A stretch of 63,661 bases of DNA, counting the filler, from Lenisia limosa (Eukaryota > Protista > Breviatea): NCBI GenBank assembly GCA_001655205.1. It is 7 parts of 7 records of this genome, joined end to end, with 100 filler letters (N's around TTAATTAATTAA, not from the genome) between each part and the next. Parts side by side here need not be neighbours in the genome. Positions count along the whole stretch, not along the records: positions 30,920 to 60,785 come from LPNZ01003697.1; positions 60,886 to 62,336 come from LPNZ01003692.1; positions 62,437 to 63,661 come from LPNZ01000772.1; 4 more parts are not named here. One strand, written 5' to 3'. Shown here in pieces: positions 52,003-63,661 of this stretch (position 1 is its first letter; every line of letters starts with the position of its first letter). The notes below the pieces were generated by a model. The model did no database searches. It saw nothing but the letters and a program-made list of their open reading frames with translations, and was not told the DNA's origin. The position numbers and the translations under genes were made by a program.

Positions 52003-53080
52003 TCATTGTTGTTTTTCAAGATGAAGAACCATCATCTTATCCTTGTCTGCCTTATTCCATGCATATTCTGCATCAAAATAGATATAGCAAATCAAGGTTT
52101 GTTGAGGGGAGCTTTCCTTTCAATCTGAACATATCATCTGAAGAGTCTAATCCTGCAGTCCATTTTGATGGAGTTATTGCCGACTCCTTGTCTCTCAAGC
52201 CCACCATTTCTTCTGCATGCACAAATGATGAAATTATGTTAGTGGTGTATCAATTAATAAGAGAAGCGAAATCATCTCACCCCTGAAGGTCAACATCGGA
52301 TATGGGACTCATCGAATGCGCTAGTGGAACACCTAAACAAATTGGAGTGGACGCTTTCAATAGTAGTGAGAGGCGTTAATCTTTGAAATCTGTCTTTTGC
52401 GAAGCTCTGACCTGTTCAGGAATATGCTATAACCCCCCGTCAACCAATTACCACGAATCGCTTTTCTGTCTGCCCGTTGAAGGTAAGAGCTCTATTCCTT
52501 TTCCACCAATAAAGTTGAGTCTCTCAGATATGATATGTCCATATGATATGATTATATAATATACTATCTTATATTATATAATATATGATATAATATAAAA
52601 ATACTATCATGCTACTTTTTTAGTCTTAGCTTCTTCTAATTCCCCCAGGTGATGGATCGCGTAAGTGCTCATATAAGTGCGCAGACCAGTATCAGGTATG
52701 CTTTTATAGTCAACAATCTCAATTCACTTGTGAATAAACTTTAACCACCAGCCCGATACAAGCCCTGCTGTGATATGCAACATAATACACGGGTGGTCCT
52801 CGCTTCCTTCGTGTGTACCCACTTCCACGACTGGTATGACACCAATTGGAAATTTTATCATTTGCCTTGGTTCGCTTTGTTTACCAGAACCTTTAACGGT
52901 TCGATATTGTTTCTAGAATAGTTAACTTTTACTGGCTTCTGACTTAGAAACGGTACAAATTGGGAAACCCCCAAAACTCTTGGAAAATGGCCTCGCTGTT
53001 TTCCTGGAAAACTCCCATGCTCCCATCTTGAATGTTCAGTTCCACATTTATTTAATACAAATAACTGGGAAGATGATTCA
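52003..53080 (-). CDS. Hypothetical protein
   Basis: Exon KQYRTVKGSGKQSEPRQMIKFPIGVIPVVEVGTHEGSEDHPCIMLHITAGLVSGWWLKFIHK, then IPDTGLRTYMSTYAIHHLGELEEAK. Both ends are uncertain. Confidence 0.5.
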
Positions 53081-53311
53081 AGAACAATCCGTATGAAATG
53101 ACCCAAATATAGCCCATATGCAGAGTAAACATATCATATGCATAAGTACTATAATAGATCATCTCCTATATGCTGAAAACTACGTCACAAATTATGAAAT
53201 TGCATTCAGCTATATATAAGATATGTAGTCTTTAGTAATATCGTATTTTAAAACAATAAACAATAATTATTGCCAAAAGTACTGGAAAGCCTTTCCTCCT
53301 TATGCCTCTGT

Positions 53312-56210
53312 ATGCACTTGTTGCCCTTAATTCAATTATATTATAGAGGTTAGTATTGATAAACTACTGCAAATTTTGAGGTTTTCCCGCTTTCAAACTT
53401 CTCATCCTCGATCGAATTGTTCTTTTTTCGGAAAATTTGTATATTTTTTTGATTGATTGAAGGAGTTGAAGGCTGTGGAGTGACTGACTACAATATGTTT
53501 GGTCTTGGCGCTACCAGAACAGTGGGACATAGGATATCAATATTTAACAATGCCATCAGGCTTATTTATTATAGTCTCCTGATTGACCCCTTATCATAGC
53601 TTCCAACATCTGATGATACTGACCCTTTCCCCCCCACCCTATCTAGAATTATCCCAAGCATCCGCTTCCGCAACATATGATATGTATCGCGTATGATTTC
53701 ACTTCTTTAGGTTTTGGATATCAACACGGATATGACAGATGCATACAACATTTCGGATTCTCGGGTACTTGATGTTCAACACTTATATTGGAGTACTATT
53801 GTCTTTAGAAGTTGGCGGTTTAAATAGTATAATAGAGTATTCTAAATATTCAATATTCTTTGCCACTGTCCAATTGGTGTGACCACTTCATGTCCAATGG
53901 TATTAACCCATCAGCTGACGGATATGTTTTCAGTGGAAAGGTTCAGGACTATAATGGTGACCTCACTGATGACGAAATTAACACTTATTCTGTCGGGAGG
54001 GGTTTGAAAATAAATAATGGTGTTTCTGTTAACTTTTTGAACATATTCACGCTATTATGTAACTCTAGCTCTTTTACAATTTCAGCCAGTGGGCTATACA
54101 AGTGCATTCTCCCGTCTCCTAATGATTTCAAGTGGATATAGAGCCTCGCTTATTTTAACATGTAAGGTGAAGAACCACTTTGTACTTTCTTTGTTTCACC
54201 ATTAACTAACCTTGTTCTATAGCTGATGGAGAAGTTTTTGGTATGGGATGCTCAGCAGATAATGAACTTGGAATTACTGCCGCCTATGTAGCCTGGCTTC
54301 AAATTGTGAGTGATATTGTTTCAATCCATTTTTTACGTTCATGAAATTATTATCACATTATGATATCCTCTCACTTCTTGGATCATTTTCACATGTGTTT
54401 ATTACCATTTTCCACTCGGTGATAAGATACCTCATACCCACTCGGTAGATAACTTAAATAAAAGTCTTGGTATGGACCCTCTCAACATTTCTACTTGAAA
54501 GTCGGCCATGATCAAATCACTAGGGGATTCGGGGCAACAGATATACTATCACATCTATACTAGATCATATGAAATGTATTACCAAAATACTAGATGATCT
54601 ATGCATAGAGTAGACATACAGTGACCGTGATAAGATCGGTCAAGACTCATCTCGGTCACTGTATAATTTATCATATGATATTCATCACAGGATACCTATA
54701 TCGCGATAAGTCCTGACACGATGTACTAAAGATAAAGCTCAATATCCATGTCAACTTATCGTGGTCAGTGAGTGTATAGTATGCTTGTACATAGTTGTAA
54801 GGCAAATGCTTGGACAAATTAGTAGCCTTAAATATCTGCTTCTCGACTGATGTATCAATAGGACCCAGAGGGAACCCCGACTGCTGTCCAGTTTATTGGA
54901 CATAGTGCAATGATTGTGTTAGGTATGTTCACTGAATATTCAATAGGATTGGTCAACTTTGTTAAATGTCACTGTTCCTCAACTCTATTTAGCGGACGGT
55001 ATTGCCAAACACATGGGCGGCAGAAGCTCTTCGTTGTGGGTGGGTTTTTCTTGATTTTGACGACGCCAATAGAAATTGAGTTGCATTGCCAATTTGCATC
55101 TGTGTTTTTGATAGACAATAGGTTTAAACCTACAAGTGATAATCAGATCATTCCAATGCCCGAAGCTGATGCCTACCCCGAGGTCTGTTATAAGGAAAAA
55201 TATATCAGCATTGTCTTTTTCACCTTACCTATTCAGATGTTTGGAGCTAATGCTTATAAACTTGTCGTCAAAACCCGTATGCCTTTCAGAACTGTTTATT
55301 ATTTCATTCAGTCAAATTGAACTTGCCTTAATTTCTTCAGGCTCAGGCCGCCTCTACTGCAGAGGAAGAGCGTACACTGGATCTTGCTTGAATGCGGAAT
55401 CCTCAGATCTGGTTTGGGAATAGCGTTGATAGTTTGAAAAAGAAACATTGTGATAAATGACCGCACACTAAATATTCACAACGCAGAAAGACAAATGGTA
55501 TGGACTGGACAACTTTAACAAATATGACTCACCTACGGTTTGCATCAAGTCTAATTGGAATAAAATCACCAAACAGGTTCTCACTGTTGCAAACGCTGTT
55601 CATTTTACCATTCTTGTTTTGGGTAGGCTGTGTTTTTTTTTTTTTTGTTTTTTTTTTTTTNNNNNNNNNNNNNNNNNNNNNNNNNNNNNNNNNNNNNNNN
55701 NNNNNNNNNNNNNNNNNNNNNNNTATGACATTTATTTTAATATTTAATAACCCCTTGCAGAAAATGGTAATATTTTGCGCCTTCAAAACGGCGATATCGT
55801 TGATATCACTGATGATATTCGCTCCCAAGGATGTTATAAGTGAGGAGGATCCTAAAGTGGAGTTGCGTTTTTTGTTTTTAATATTCCCAGGATTTCAAGA
55901 GTTGCCGCAGGACACAACGATATCGCCCTTTGGGGACGTGAGGGGGGAGGGGTGCTTCACTACACCCATTCGCATTTCTCCACGATTTCTTTTGACACTT
56001 CTTAACATCTCAGATTGTGAGACCAACGCCGCCCTCCTGATCTCCAAGGACACAACCACTTGCAGTTCATCTTCTGTTCCCATCTACACTCCACATAAGG
56101 TTTGCGTTCGGAATAATGTCTGGGCTTATTTGTAGTTGCCCGAACCTTCAGGCCCAATCAGTGACATCCAGCTGTCAAGAGCTGCAGTTTTCTTCAGGGT
56201 TCGAAAGTAA
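53312..56210 (+). CDS. RCC1/BLIP-II-like beta-propeller repeat protein
   Basis: Exons give VEGCGVTDYNMFGLG, MISSGYRASLILTSDGEVFGMGCSADNELGI, SGRLYCRGRA, VANAVHFTILVL.ENGNI and ISRVAAGHNDIALW; stop at 56208-56210. The first exon is tentative. Confidence 0.75.
54619..54661. mobile_element. 43-bp deletion derivative of MITE family D
   Basis: TA-CAGTGACCGTGAT...ATCTCGGTCACTG-TA, inside an RCC1-gene intron. Confidence 0.75.
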
Positions 56211-56307
56211 TGCACAAGTGAAATATGTATGATATCATATATTATTATTATCCCAGAGTTTGTTTGTGTGTGTGTCTACCTCCCAAACTCAAGAAATTAA
56301 TAATACA

Positions 56308-59300
56308 TTATTTAAGCTGATAATATTTGTTGGTTTTCGGATCAAAGTAGCACTCCAAGACGGGATCATAAAGAAGTTCAATTTCTAAAGTTATAAGCGC
56401 CGGTTCTTTAATAGCATTCTCTAAAGTGAAACATACCTTCGTCACCCTCATCTGCCTCATCTTCGCCATCATCCTCCATCACGTCTTCTTGGTCTGTTGG
56501 AGGGTCTTCAGCTGTGTAAGTTGGGGTTTCTAAAATAATAATAAAAACGAAGAAAAGGTTAATCAAGCAACAAGAACAAACCTTCGGTGTGCTCAATATC
56601 ATTAGGAGGGGGCGTTCGAGTCATTGCAGATACTGGAAGGACCTCGGGTGTAAATGGTCGGTTATCAGCTCCAACCGCACGAGCGCTAAACTGTCAAAAG
56701 GTCCGTCTACAGAACTGAAGAGCCCTATTATTACCTTTCATAGCTCTCATCGTCGTCAAATGAGTCGTCCCCATGTGATCCCTGAATTTAGTTACTCAAG
56801 AAAAAATAAATATCTCAGCAAGGCAACAGTTCATAAAATCAAAACGGTTCATCCCCCTACAAATCCGGAATCCAGATAAATGGATTCAGTCACACCAGCA
56901 TGTCGGGGAGACAAGGCTCGATACCCGTCAGCTCTTGATGGTAAAAGGACTTTATGAAGGCAACTCAGACAAAATTCAATGATCCATAGTCACAGAAAGC
57001 ATAGTCGATAGGGTGAAAAAAAACTGAAAGGCTGTCATACGATCTGGGTGGAGTGGTACGGCCAGGCTCTTGTTGACTTGTTGGAGAGAGAAAAGGGGAC
57101 TGTGAAGGTGCTACAGAATAAGAGTCTGAATAATACTCTTATTGAAATATCCTCTTCTTACTATTGGGGTTTGAGATTTCAGCAATTCGGCTATTTACCT
57201 AAAGCATAAGAAAAACGTAACATTTTATGATATGTCTGATAAGATAGATCCAGATACAAAGAACACCAACCCACATCATCAGGCGTGTAACTTTTAGCAG
57301 GTTCAGGGGTACTCCGCTCCCGAGTGAAGTCCTGAGATCTTCTTTCTTCCGCAGACACGTTGATAAAGTTGACTTGATCTATTTTGCAATATTAAAATGG
57401 ATTGAATTGATACAGTTACAAACTTACCGTCATAATTGTCATCTTCCATGAGTACGTCAGCATCAGCATCGGCTTCACTGCGATGTGGTCAATACAAAGA
57501 AAAAGAGATCTATCATTTACTTCAAACTAAATTCCCCCATTCCAAATAGAAACAATTATCCTACCCCCACCAATAATGTGCAGTGCTGGTGTTCAAAACC
57601 GACTCTTCTACAGGAGAAGCTGTTGAGAGTACTTGGTCCATGAGAGCCTAATGCTGATTAATAGTGTTGGTGAATTGGAGATCCCATAATATCTATTCAC
57701 AGTAGACCCCTAGTTGTGCTACAACGTACCGAAAGTCCGCCTGGGCCAATATCTACAACACCACCGGTACCAAAACTCCCCATATGGATGGGTGACTCCA
57801 TCTCCTGAAACGTTATCATTTGGTACACTCTTGAAATTCACATCGAAAAGACACTAAAAACAACCACAGCCATTCCCACGACTGGCTCCTGGGGCTCTGC
57901 TTTCATTTCTCTGATTTCATCTTCAAGATCCAAAACACGTTGTCGTTGAGCCTAATATTGTAACATAATGATATAAGACACATGCTTCAATACAAAACCC
58001 AACCAACATGCACATCTTGATCTGAGGGGCCAAGTGGTGAGTCTAAGTCTTCACCGCTATCATCAATGAAACGAACAGAACGCCCATGTGAAGTGGTCAT
58101 TGGTTGCTCCTTGAAGATGAAACAGCCAACTCTAAATCTCACGCAAGAAAAATACAATAGATATTCATCATACTGGTTCAGGTTCATCATAATCATCTGT
58201 TTGATTCTCCTGGTAACGCGAAGGTATTCCTGGAAATGAAATAAAAAAAAAATCCAATTCAGCCTTCAAAAATACAGAAGAACACCATGTGATATTGTAA
58301 ACTGTAAACAAACTCACTGTCATAAGAAGAAGCTGGCCGCCCAGAAGTTGGTCTACTCCCAAGAGAAACCACAGTACTTGAAACCCTGAAGCAATGAAAA
58401 AATGGTGTTGTAGTTGTAGTTGTAAATATCATTTGCAAATCAAACATTCAATTCACGAAGTACAATTCAAGAAGTATTGTGCTTAACTCTTTTTCAGTCC
58501 TTCTGCCAGGTGTTGAAGTGCGTCGTGAAGGTGATGTAACAGGAGGAGCTTGATTGGTCCTCTTTATGATGGTCAAAAAAGTAAACAAAGGGGGGAAACT
58601 ATCATAAGCCTGCTGTACAAAAAAATGAGACATAAAAAAAACCTTCAAACACTTACCATCTGTCCAGTCGGCTCAGCTGCTCGTTGACTGCAAGCATTAA
58701 ATAATAGAAAACGTTGTCAGAATGTCCTACAACGACGTCCTAATACCCCCATTGCAATATGGTACCTACGTTGGTCTACGTCCTGCTGTGGGAATTCGTG
58801 AGGTTGCTGTGCCTGAAACAGTTATAATCCAAAGCCAAAAAACAAAAACTTATGTCGGATACCCACTTCCCTCAAACCAGTCCGACTTGTTGCAGTATGG
58901 ATACGTGAGGAGCCTGCTGTGGGCACGCGAGAAGAGCTCTGAAAGGATGAAAAGATAAATCATTTTGAAAGAAACCAAAGTGAAACCTGTTGCATTGAAC
59001 AATTGTCTTCACCCTCTTCTACCGTTGAAAGGCGGGAAGGAGGTGTCTGGAAGCGTGAAGGAAATACTGTCAAAAATAGACTTTATAATCATTAAACAGT
59101 AAAAGTGAATCTTATCAAGATTCCAGAACTGAATACTCATCCAGCTCACCATTGATGTTGCAGGGGATTTGTTTATTCTGGAGTCAGCAGGTAGCCTCCT
59201 ACCAAACGCCAGTTTGACAGCAGACTGGTTTATGAGTAACCGTCTTCGGAAAAATAACAGAGTATACACTAAAAAAAAGTGGTAATGTTCTATAAATACA

Positions 59301-60785
59301 GTATGTATGCTTTATAATATATATCATATATTATATATACTATGTATATCATATACATATACTACATAAAATAAAATAGTATATGTGTGTACATATATAC
59401 AGTGTATTTAATTTAGATTTCAAATAACAAACCTCAGTTTTGTGAATAGGCTCGTCGTGTTGAACCTGTATGGTCAATTACTAAAAAATGCGAAAAAAAA
59501 ACTACCTGAGACTGCTCTTCATCAAGATCCGCAATGATGTCATGAACAACAGTAACCTTGAGTACTCCAGACTAAAGAGGTAAACGCCATGAGTTCAGTA
59601 ATAGAAGAACACAGAAGATCTGTTCTGCCCTGACTACTGTGAAATCCTGTGCTCTTGGAATAGGATCATGTCCGCCTCCAGGTATCACTGTATCGTCACC
59701 ATAGGCTGTCAGATCTAAACCTTCAATTTGAAAAACGTAACAGTGGCTGTACACGTACAGATATGAACATAAACATTATAAAGGTGAAATCAACAGTAGA
59801 AGTGTAAAATATGACTATTGATGTAGAATACGCTCATCTACACTCAATGAACTCTCCTCACCTTCGGGAGGCATATTTTTCAGTGTGAACAGTTTACGAA
59901 GCTGAATAGTAAGAGAATTCATTTTCATAAAGGACAAAAAAAAATACCTTGCAAGATGCCTTGATAATGATAGTGTCAAGAGAGGCACAAGGTTGTCCCC
60001 AGCCATGAGTAGCAATAGTAGGAAGGTCCACAACAAAATTTGTCCAGATATTACGCGGTAATTGATGGAGTGGTGCCTATAAAGAGTAAAATTAAAAAAA
60101 AAAACAAAAAAAAAATGAATTACCTGCAACAACTCATCACCTGTAAATGAAGAGGATGGCTTTCAACTTTGTTGAAGGCGGTAGACAGGACTATTCGCCG
60201 CTTTGCTCTCTTCGAGTCGGTCATCCTGATAAGTAATAAATTGCACTTAATAAGTCTAAATAAATGATAGCATAAACAAGAGACTCACAAAAGCTCCACA
60301 GAGAAGGACGTTCCAGGGCCAACGAGAACTTGTAACACCAAAAAGGCTTGTACAAGTTGCACTACTCCTCATTAGTATAATCTCCAAAGATTTTATAAAA
60401 AAAAAACTCGTTCAATGCCGAAATCTTATAACTTTAATAATAAACCTAACATACATGGCTTTTTGTCGTTTTTTGGTAGTTGCAGCTGCGTTGTTTTGCC
60501 CCCTTCAATCTACAGATCGAGTCAACACGTAAAAGGAAACCTGCAGACAAAATTGTATTCAAATCGCACAAACCTGAAAAACATAACCTTTGCTTGGCTT
60601 GTCATATATCTTCTTCACATTGCCGGAAACCTTGATAACATTAAATAGGATGATAAATACAAGCTGCAATTCATAAAACCCTCTCCAACATATCCTTACA
60701 TAAGACGTCGCTTCAACATACCTTACAGTCACCAAGGGGGTTACTACCCTGAGGGGAAAGGATTTCAACACTTGGCCCTCCCTGG
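56308..60785 (-). CDS. CFAP20DC: CFAP20 domain-containing protein (C3orf67-like), first codons off contig
   Basis: QGGPSVEILSPQGSNPL...VSGNVKKIYDKPSKGYVFQIEGG...QLPK...LVQAFLVLQVLVGPGTSFSVEL...KRRIVLST...HLQAPL...WTNFVVDL...CKLRKLFTLK. A long low-complexity middle is followed by the C-terminal ELLYDPVLECYFDPKTNKYYQLK*. Confidence 0.92.
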
Positions 60786-60896
60786 NNNNNNNNNNNNNNN
60801 NNNNNNNNNNNNNNNNNNNNNNNNNNNNNTTAATTAATTAANNNNNNNNNNNNNNNNNNNNNNNNNNNNNNNNNNNNNNNNNNNNTCCGCCCTTAG

Positions 60897-62269
60897 GAAC
60901 CATTACTTTCGACTACACCTCGACCAACATCACTAAGTGCAACATGATGGGCACCAAGGAGATTGTTATGAAGGACGGCGATGAGGTGGGAGCTTGTTGC
61001 TATTATGGCTTCTCTGCGGTAAAAAGACGCAATTTCTCGTTAAATCCTCGATAAATATCGATAAATTACCTTCGGACCGTTGAAGGATGGTTATATTTGG
61101 CTTTTTTTTTTTTTNNNNNNNNNNNNNNNNNNNNNNNNNNNNNNNNNNNNNNNNNNNNNNNNNNNNNNNNNNNNNNNNNNNNNNNNNNNNNNNNNNNNNN
61201 NNNNNNNNNNNNNNNNNNNNNNNNNNNNNNNNNNNNNNNNNNNNNNNNNNNNNNNNNNNNNNNNNNNGTGACGATGGCTACTATGGCACGAGCTGCCTGA
61301 GGGGACGTTGTGACCCTGCCTTGGGCTATCCGTGGGGGGTTAATATTGATATTACTCTTTTGTGTTTGGAGGATTGAGGGGTTTTGGTGGTGGTGGTGAT
61401 GGTTATTCCTGCTGCTGCTTGAGGAGGCGTTGCTTTCACTTCCATTTCCCCCCTCTCCCTCACCATAATATTCCCTTTTAGTAACCCCGAAACCGGAGAT
61501 TGTCTGGTTTGCTACGACCGCTCCACCTCCCTCCTCCCCGTCTGTGACCAGGTGAGTCGGTGGCAGTTGAGAGCTTCTCTACGATCCCAAAAAAGACCGA
61601 ATTTCGAGAAATACCAATATTTGACCGGTCTTTTTCGGACCTTAGGGAATAAAAAGCCCAAATCAACTCAGTTGGCTCGCAACACTCCTACAACTTGGAA
61701 ATACCCGCATAACCATCCAGGTCTGTGGAGCCCCTCAAATGGCCGACCCCACGAATCTGGTTGACAACGTCCTCGACATTTCCCTCACTCTTAACGGGAC
61801 TCTTTACGACGGAAATTCAGCGTGCATGTATTTCTATCAGGGCGTGTATGAGGGGGGCTTCCTTTTGTTCTTGTTTTTTTTTCTTTCTTAATCTTCTTTG
61901 AGATCAGTATGAATTAGGTATTTACACTCATCCCTTAAAACCGCTTCAATTTTTGAAATTAAATTTTCAATCAATTATCAATGGGGAGCTACATTGGAAT
62001 TCAACTGACCCTTCACCAATATCTTTTTTATTGGGGATTTGTACGTCGATTTCTCTCTCAAGGGAAACCTCACTGACAACTAGATACAATCAGGAAATCT
62101 GTGTTTACTTTACATTATGGCTCTCTTCAAATTCAATCAATTGCATGAAGTCCCTTAGAAGAGAGCATTTCTATTGGGGGTTTTACGTAGGAAATAGTTG
62201 ACCCCTTAGAACCGACACCAACATCAACAAGCTTCGCATTGTGGTTGAGAAGCCGTCAAAGCTTAATGG
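60897..62269 (+). CDS. Extracellular/surface protein fragment with EGF-like Cys motifs
   Basis: Exons GTITFDYTSTNITKCNMMG, CDDGYYGTSCLRGRCDPALGY, NPETGDCLVCYDRS...VCDQ, VCGAPQMADPTNLVDN and TDTNINKLRIVVEKP. Confidence 0.6.
61571..61650. mobile_element. MITE family A; further copies at 29484-29545, 29829-29870, 30683-30750, 61008-61085, 63521-63615
   Basis: GAGCTTCTCTACGATCCCAAAAAAGACC...GGTCTTTTTCGGACCTTAGGGAA. Confidence 0.78.
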
Positions 62270-62707
62270 GTGGGGGAGGGCTATACATATTATGAGCTTA
62301 GTGTGGGGGGGTAATGTGGGCTTAACATCCCCTATCNNNNNNNNNNNNNNNNNNNNNNNNNNNNNNNNNNNNNNNNNNNNTTAATTAATTAANNNNNNNN
62401 NNNNNNNNNNNNNNNNNNNNNNNNNNNNNNNNNNNNGGGGGGGGGGGGGAGGATAAGGATAATGAAGTTGAAATACACGTTTTTAGAAACGCTTGCCATA
62501 GAAAACATGTGATTTTCATACTTGTATATTATGCTTTAATCCTAGTTGAATGCAGCATGATACATTTCATGCATCTGTGTATAAGAATGCTTTTCTATCA
62601 GAAATAATCCAGTATCTCTTATTAGCGCTCTTTTAAGCATATGATATGGACGGCTTCGGTCAGATGCAACCTATTTTTAATTTTCATCTCTTATCTCTGA
62701 GACTTAC

Positions 62708-63506
62708 CTGATCTCTTTGCGGTCATCATGAACAAAACGGCTGACAAACGCCACAGCAAGAGTGGTGGGGAATACTATAAGGATTCCAGCGCATTTGATC
62801 ATCCAATACTGCGGTGTAAATGGCTAATCGTAAGAGTGTAATATATTGTTTCCCATTTTTTCAATGAATATCACATTCTAATACCAGGATGTTAGAATTA
62901 TCTTATTATTTCTTCATGTGTATCACTGTATATTGGGCAACATTTGACATTCCACCACATTACCGTGAAGAATGTGAACTCACTCGCGAGTGAACATTCG
63001 GGTTGAGCAACCTGAAATGTGAATGTGTATCGGGGGGGAGGGGGAGGGGAGGACGCAGAAAGCTGTGTACACAGAGTTATAAGGCAAATGATTGGGTGAA
63101 TTAAGATTACACTATAATTGAATATCTCATTTAAGCATGATTCTCTGTTGGCTAGTAACACATAAGGGTTGAAAACAACAAAAGAAGCCAAAGTCATTCT
63201 GCAGCACTGAATCCATAGTTTGGGGATGATAACTGGAGGGAATTCCGTTATGATAATGAAATCAGAATCATGGGATTGAAAATTATATAGGAATCCCAAG
63301 TCGATTCGCCGTTGTGTCACAGTATCCTAGTCTATACCGTATATCATATGTGAATCTCAAATCGATACGCCCTCTCCCACCTCTAAGTTGAAGTTCACAG
63401 CTGACGCGATTGAAATGAGTTTCAAGAAGAGAGGTGGCCAATTGAGGTTGAACTCCGCTAATAAGGCGATAATCTGGGGATGTGAGTAGGCTAATAAGGT
63501 GATAAT
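62708..63506 (-). CDS. Multi-pass membrane protein fragment
   Basis: Phase-0 exons give IIALLAEFNLNWPPLFLKLISIASAVNFNLE-VAQPECSLASEFTFFT-YWMIKCAGILIVFPTTLAVAFVSRFVHDDRKEI; hydrophobic segments with a WP..PEC pattern. Confidence 0.6.
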
Positions 63507-63661
63507 CTGGGATGTGAGGAGGGATTCACTTCGGTTCAAAAAAAGACTGAATTTCTCGTTAAATCCTCGAAAACTATCGATAATTTAGTGTTCTTTTTTG
63601 AATCGAAGTGAAACCATAGAAGTGAGGCAACTGTATAGCTATACCCCCCCCCCCCACAACC

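Overview
This is AT-rich, intron-dense eukaryotic genomic DNA, not prokaryotic: genes are split into 30-150 nt exons by GT-AG introns as short as about 28-38 nt. The six-frame ORF track therefore captures almost nothing, and all gene models below were spliced by hand. The window joins seven contigs with artificial N-TTAATTAATTAA-N linkers (5191, 23088, 29281, 30864, 60830, 62381), so adjacency across these points is meaningless. The organism is probably a flagellated protist: a full CFAP20DC gene is present. An amoebozoan/archamoeba-like identity is only a guess. Recognisable genes: the MCM4 3' end, a roughly 10-repeat ankyrin protein with about one repeat per exon, WDR81 (BEACH-pseudokinase-WD40), an AT-hook bZIP factor, an RCC1-repeat protein, CFAP20DC, and surface/membrane protein fragments. 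Two tandem copies of an intron-containing pogo-like DD35D transposon sit inside one host intron, and several TA-flanked MITE families fill the introns of the short contigs. The best novelty candidates are (1) a multi-exon gene that appears to fuse a degenerate Nudix domain, a degenerate fungal-Trl1-type polynucleotide-kinase domain and an RG-repeat tail, and (2) a cyclic-nucleotide-binding domain spliced in frame to a Rap-GAP domain. Domain calls rest on motifs recalled from memory and need HMM or structure confirmation.
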